Shown piece by piece: positions 59,508 to 64,000 of a stretch of DNA of 64,000 nucleotides. The DNA comes from a virus. The stretch's first letter is position 1, and each line of letters opens with the position of its first letter. The notes under the pieces were generated by a model. The model searched no databases, was not told where the DNA came from, and was given only the letters and a program-made list of their open reading frames with translations. Position numbers and translations under genes: made by a program. Location: the IMG/VR virus record IMGVR_UViG_3300008954_000002, positions 32,001 through 96,000 of that record; one strand, 5' to 3'.

Positions 59508-62489
59508 TTAGAGAATCACATAGTTCCAATTACTTCCGCTTGCAAGTGCTACTATTTTATAGATCCTAGTGCCTGTTGGTAATGTGACATCACTAGTACC
59601 TCCATCAATCAGATCAGATGCATCTTCTGTGGTGAATGTAATACTATATGAACCCATTACCTTTACATCAAATCTAAACGCTTGAAAAGGTGCATTTGTA
59701 AGTACAAACTTATTAATAGTACCTGTATCATAGTCTCGATCTAGGAGCAGGGTGAACAAGTGCTTGGATGTAGGCAGTATTATATCACCTGAGGCAGCTG
59801 TTAATGTTATCGCTTCAGCACCACCAAAGTAAGCCATGGTTCCGCCACTACTCATGCCCATCATCTTGCCGTTGATGCCCGCAGTATCTGGTAGAACCAA
59901 TGTGACAGCCCCACCCGAAACCACTGCAGGTGCCTTTAAGCCAACACTGCCGGATGTAGCGCCAGGCATTCTAAGCAAATCAGCATCAATAGTAGGAGCT
60001 GCAAGCGTTCCAGTAAATGTGGGGCTAGCTATAGGAGCTTTTAGATCGAGCTGTGCTTGCACTCCAGATGTAACACCTACCAGATGCCCTAGCTCTGCCG
60101 CAGTAACCGAGCTTGCTATAACTTTTCCAGTTGAGCTCACAGCTACTGCCTTGGAAGCTGTGAGATCTGCAAAAACAAGATCGCTAATAGCGCCTGTAAT
60201 AAGGGCTTGCTTTGTATTTATCTGAGTCTGCACATTGCTTGTTACGCTTCCAAGATAGTTTAGCTGAGCTGTCGAAGCCACTATTCCATCTAGGGTATTT
60301 AGCTCCCCAGCAGACGCAGTAAGATCAGTAATATTAGATACTAAGTGTCCATGAGTACTGGTAGCTAGGCCTGCTTCAGCAGCAGTCTGGTTCTTGTAGG
60401 CACCAGTAGTTGTGTCGTAAGCAAGCACTTCATTGTCAATAGCAGTATCTGTAGTCACATCTGTAAGATCATTCAGTACGCCGGCACCACCTCCACCAGT
60501 ACTTGTCTTATACAAGTCCCCGCTGGCATCAACAACTACATAGTCACCACTACCTGTCTGCAAATCATTGATTCGTACAGGCGGTATATCTGTGAGACCT
60601 TCCACATGAAGAGTTCTAACAGGGCCACCCGTAATACCAGCACCATGATGTATCCCTACTCGTCCAACTGTTATTGTCCCAGAGAGCGGAGTCTCAGTAG
60701 CCTTGTGTATAGAGAGGTGACTTTTGGTATTGTCAATAACTCCAAAGTGTAGCTGATTGGTAAGTGCTCCCCCACTATAATCAGTGCCATCATTAAGAGT
60801 AATGCGTCCCGCACCACTGGAGTTGACGCCAAGCACTAGGCCCTTTCCACTATCTGCCTGAGTGTTTGCAGCAGTAGTGTGCGCATTTACATGTGTAATA
60901 CCAATTGTTGTGCGCTGAGCTTCTACTACGCTGTTGCTGTAATGGGTATAGTTGCTTGTGTGTACATGCAGTCTATGCTTAGGTACATTCTTGGCATCCC
61001 CAGGATCCACCATAATTCCAACATTGTGGCTTACTCTAAGGGCTTCAAATGTTTCCCAGTTGGTGCTAGACCTTATACTGTCAAATTGTCCACCAACTAT
61101 AAAGCTAAAGTCACCACCACTCTTAGCAGTATCATTCCAAGCAGTAGGGGCTTCGCCCCTGTATATAGCTCTAACAGTAGGGTTCTTGGTTAGAGCCCAC
61201 TGCTGGTTAGCGGTCTGGTAGTTGTGTGAATCTTGCCCAGCAAAAACTATCTCACTAAGAATAAAGGCTCCCGTAGAAGAGCCTGGCTCCTGCCAGAAGC
61301 CCATATTTGTAATGGGGCTACCTGTATAATTGTAAGACTCAATATCACTCCATAAGAGTAACCCTGAGTACACTTCGTTCTGCCCAGTAGCACCAGTTGT
61401 GTTTACATAGTCGTTATAACTACTTCTTACTAGCATGCTAAAGTTGCGACTAATACTACCCATCTGGCCAGATACATGCTCGTTTTGTATCTCTACTCCA
61501 ACTCCAACAGGCCCCTTGGCATGAAAGACTCCAAGCCCAGCTTCAGGGCTAGTATCGTGGCTAGCATAAGTTTCTACACCACTGCTGTTTGTAGGAATTC
61601 CATACCAGTCAGAGTCGGCCTGTGCCGCTGGCTGGTTCTGATCCAGCTTGTAGATAGCGTCTTCTAGGCTGTCGCCAACAGCAACGATATTTAATCCGCT
61701 ACCATATGTGGGGGCACAATCGCCTAACCCTGTACTGCCTATAAAAGTGTATATGCAATTAAGATCATCTACTATAGTAGTACCTATAGCACCAGTGGTG
61801 GATTGGATTCCTAGAATAGGAAACAGCATGTCTAACGTTACGTTAGACAAAAGCACTTGGATGGATAGATTTGGAAAAGCATCGTAGCAAGAATGGTCTA
61901 AGCCAAAGTCAGGCCAACCAGTTACTACCTGACTAAGTGCTTGCAATGACTGGTAAATTCCATGAGGAACAGTAGGCGAAGTGCTGCAATTGAATGAATA
62001 GTCGCAAGATATTAAATTGGCAATGTGTTCAAGCTCTGCCTTGACACATCCATCGTCATATGTAGAAGCACTTGTTCCAGGCTGAAGTTGTGCAATCTTG
62101 TTTTCAAGTGAAGCAATAGTTGCAAGTATGCAAACAAAGGTTTCAAGGATTGTAGCAGGCTCGCTTCTATTAGATGCCCAAAAGCATTCAGGACCATACT
62201 GAGTAGCAGCAGTATCAGTAATTAAAGTACCAGCAAAAATACCATTAACAATAGCATCTATACGGCCATCACCAGGTGGATCGCCACTAGTAGGACTAGC
62301 GATAACTGCCCCAGCCTGCAACGCACTAGAGCTACTAAGCATTGGGTATACAACGCTATTCCATTGCTTGACTAAGCTTGATAAGTCTTGAACAACCTGC
62401 TTCTTAAACTGTACATCATCAGAACTAGTGCTAGCGGTTTGTACAACTTGTTGAATTAGATACTTAAGATAATCTTGATTAGCTGCCAT
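59508..62489 (-). CDS. Large tail fibre/virion protein
   Basis: Fibre repeats ELNTLDG / QLNYLGSVTSNVQTQIN / ELGHLVGVTSGVQAQLD; KAPIASPTFTG; LNDLTDV. Confidence 0.7.
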   Translation of the reverse strand: MAANQDYLKYLIQQVVQTASTSSDDVQFKKQVVQDLSSLVKQWNSVVYPMLSSSSALQAGAVIASPTSGDPPGDGRIDAIVNGIFAGTLITDTAATQYGPECFWASNRSEPATILETFVCILATIASLENKIAQLQPGTSASTYDDGCVKAELEHIANLISCDYSFNCSTSPTVPHGIYQSLQALSQVVTGWPDFGLDHSCYDAFPNLSIQVLLSNVTLDMLFPILGIQSTTGAIGTTIVDDLNCIYTFIGSTGLGDCAPTYGSGLNIVAVGDSLEDAIYKLDQNQPAAQADSDWYGIPTNSSGVETYASHDTSPEAGLGVFHAKGPVGVGVEIQNEHVSGQMGSISRNFSMLVRSSYNDYVNTTGATGQNEVYSGLLLWSDIESYNYTGSPITNMGFWQEPGSSTGAFILSEIVFAGQDSHNYQTANQQWALTKNPTVRAIYRGEAPTAWNDTAKSGGDFSFIVGGQFDSIRSSTNWETFEALRVSHNVGIMVDPGDAKNVPKHRLHVHTSNYTHYSNSVVEAQRTTIGITHVNAHTTAANTQADSGKGLVLGVNSSGAGRITLNDGTDYSGGALTNQLHFGVIDNTKSHLSIHKATETPLSGTITVGRVGIHHGAGITGGPVRTLHVEGLTDIPPVRINDLQTGSGDYVVVDASGDLYKTSTGGGGAGVLNDLTDVTTDTAIDNEVLAYDTTTGAYKNQTAAEAGLATSTHGHLVSNITDLTASAGELNTLDGIVASTAQLNYLGSVTSNVQTQINTKQALITGAISDLVFADLTASKAVAVSSTGKVIASSVTAAELGHLVGVTSGVQAQLDLKAPIASPTFTGTLAAPTIDADLLRMPGATSGSVGLKAPAVVSGGAVTLVLPDTAGINGKMMGMSSGGTMAYFGGAEAITLTAASGDIILPTSKHLFTLLLDRDYDTGTINKFVLTNAPFQAFRFDVKVMGSYSITFTTEDASDLIDGGTSDVTLPTGTRIYKIVALASGSNWNYVIL

Positions 62490-63988
62490 TAGATAACCCT
62501 TACTTTAAAGCTGTTAAGATGTGGCGTCTGAGAAGAATCATCAGTAGTTAGAGTTGCCTTAACGTAAAGAGAGTTAGAGCTACTACTGCATAGCAGGTAG
62601 CTAACTTCTACCTCTTCTGCTTTCCAAGAAGCATCAGAGGAATCAATTTTTACTTTAAAGTATAACTCATTGTCATAGTTTTCTATAGTGTAAATATATA
62701 GATTTCCTATATTCTCACTACTTCGAAACTCTTCTGGCGTTACATATTGTAAGCTTGCTCCATAGTATTCGTCAAACCCAGTATAGACTTGTTCCCCACT
62801 AAAGCCAGAAGGATAGGCATAACCCTCAACAATTAGCTTATGATTAAAGGGGTAAGCTGGATCCTTTTCCTCCATCTGGGTAGCTGTCATAATATCAGTT
62901 TCTACATCATGCCAGTTAGTATAGCTAGTCACAAATGCATGAGTTCCTTGAGAAACGTGTATCGTTCCCGACACAAGCCTGCCATCAAGATAGGCTCCAG
63001 TATTGCCAAGATTAATATAGCGCCCTTCAATAGACTCTACAGTAAAGGTACATCTGTATTGTGAATTGTTTGCATCTATAAACCATCCAGGTGAGGTGCC
63101 ATAGAGACTGCTTGCTGTACTAGTGGGTAAATTGCGTTTTACTATGCAGGTTCTCTGAACAAATCTATCTACATAGTCTGCTTTAACATATAGGTTGCAA
63201 AAAACTTCTTTACCATATTCTATCTCTACTGAAGGAGGAGAAGTGTCAGTAAGAGCAGTACTACTACCGCTAACTATATAGTCGTAACTGCCGTCAGGAG
63301 TAGTCTTTTCAAATCTAACAACGTCAAGAGAGTCTCCCCTCCAGTTTATTGGAAACCAAGTACTATTGTCTTTGCTCAAGGAGAAAGAAACACTAGTGCC
63401 TTCTGGCAGCGTGCAGCAGACATCTCCTGCTATCGTGGCGCTTGTAAAGTAAACAGGATTGCCCATCTCGTCCAGGACATTATAAGGCCCTGCATAGAGA
63501 ACTGATTTGCCTAACTTGGGCTCATCATACTTGTCGACAAAGACCTCAACCGAGTCAAGCGAGAATATATACAAAGAATCTGCGTTAGGATCTGATGGTA
63601 TATCGTCAGCAGAAGTTTTAGTCAGTAGAATACGTAATGCTTTAACATTGTCTACACCAACACTAAACTGATTTTCACCAACTTCAAACTCTCTTTCTAC
63701 TGGCTTCATAACTGTAAAGGTCTGACCATCTATGCTATAGAAAAGAGTAGCAGTCATTAAGGAATTAGAATTAGTTGGGTTGCCAGTTAGTCGCACATCA
63801 CCCACATAGATTCCATTCTCTTCCTCTGACTCCATATCTATAGCGCATATTACCTTGCCTGTGGAATTCGAAGTGTATACATGATATTCCCAAATAGAAC
63901 CATCTGACTCCTTAAGAGAATCTAAACTAGATACAGATCTAGTGAACTGAACAGGATTGGTCCCAAAGGAAGATACAGCAAAGTTCAT
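62489..63988 (-). CDS. Probable virion structural protein (may begin beyond the window)
   Basis: Beta-rich ORF ending ATLTTDDSSQTPHL..FKV, coupled to the fibre gene. Confidence 0.5.
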   Translation of the reverse strand: MNFAVSSFGTNPVQFTRSVSSLDSLKESDGSIWEYHVYTSNSTGKVICAIDMESEEENGIYVGDVRLTGNPTNSNSLMTATLFYSIDGQTFTVMKPVEREFEVGENQFSVGVDNVKALRILLTKTSADDIPSDPNADSLYIFSLDSVEVFVDKYDEPKLGKSVLYAGPYNVLDEMGNPVYFTSATIAGDVCCTLPEGTSVSFSLSKDNSTWFPINWRGDSLDVVRFEKTTPDGSYDYIVSGSSTALTDTSPPSVEIEYGKEVFCNLYVKADYVDRFVQRTCIVKRNLPTSTASSLYGTSPGWFIDANNSQYRCTFTVESIEGRYINLGNTGAYLDGRLVSGTIHVSQGTHAFVTSYTNWHDVETDIMTATQMEEKDPAYPFNHKLIVEGYAYPSGFSGEQVYTGFDEYYGASLQYVTPEEFRSSENIGNLYIYTIENYDNELYFKVKIDSSDASWKAEEVEVSYLLCSSSSNSLYVKATLTTDDSSQTPHLNSFKVRVI

Positions 63989-64000
63989 CTCAGTAAGAGA

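Noticed and set aside
394-63064. Many short antisense or nested ORFs in the track (e.g. 394-651, 9763-11118, 36933-38321, 59836-61667)
   Set aside because: They are shadows of well-supported genes on the other strand or frame, with no recognisable motifs.
1-64000. CRISPR array, given the Cas4-like genes
   Set aside because: No regularly spaced direct repeats and no cas1/cas2 were seen. Solo Cas4-like nucleases are common in phages.

Overview
A gene-dense, mostly + strand segment of a large (probably jumbo) dsDNA bacteriophage genome that reads well in the standard code. The left third holds accessory and proteostasis genes: tubulin/PhuZ-like GTPase, Hsp20, SSB, UDG, a deaminase, a Lon-type AAA+ ATPase lacking its protease domain, and a trypsin-like protease. 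It also carries a four-gene ubiquitin-like conjugation operon (E2-like, JAB/MPN peptidase, ThiF/E1, beta-grasp Ubl; 13647-18503), the strongest candidate for a novel system. The middle is a fragmented replication module. Class II RNR carries two cis inteins. RecA is split by an atypical intein with a 14-aa N-fragment and an intervening endonuclease gene. DnaE is in three genes, with one intein-free break at the active site and one cyanobacterial-type split intein. Also present are a plant Whirly-like protein, primase-helicase, Cas4-like nuclease, IMPDH/GMPR, ClpP-like protease, two DNA methyltransferases, scattered heptose/glycosylation genes, tRNA-Arg(UCU), tRNA-Ser(GCU) and tail-fibre-like genes. 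All calls come from motif recognition by eye; no database searches were run.
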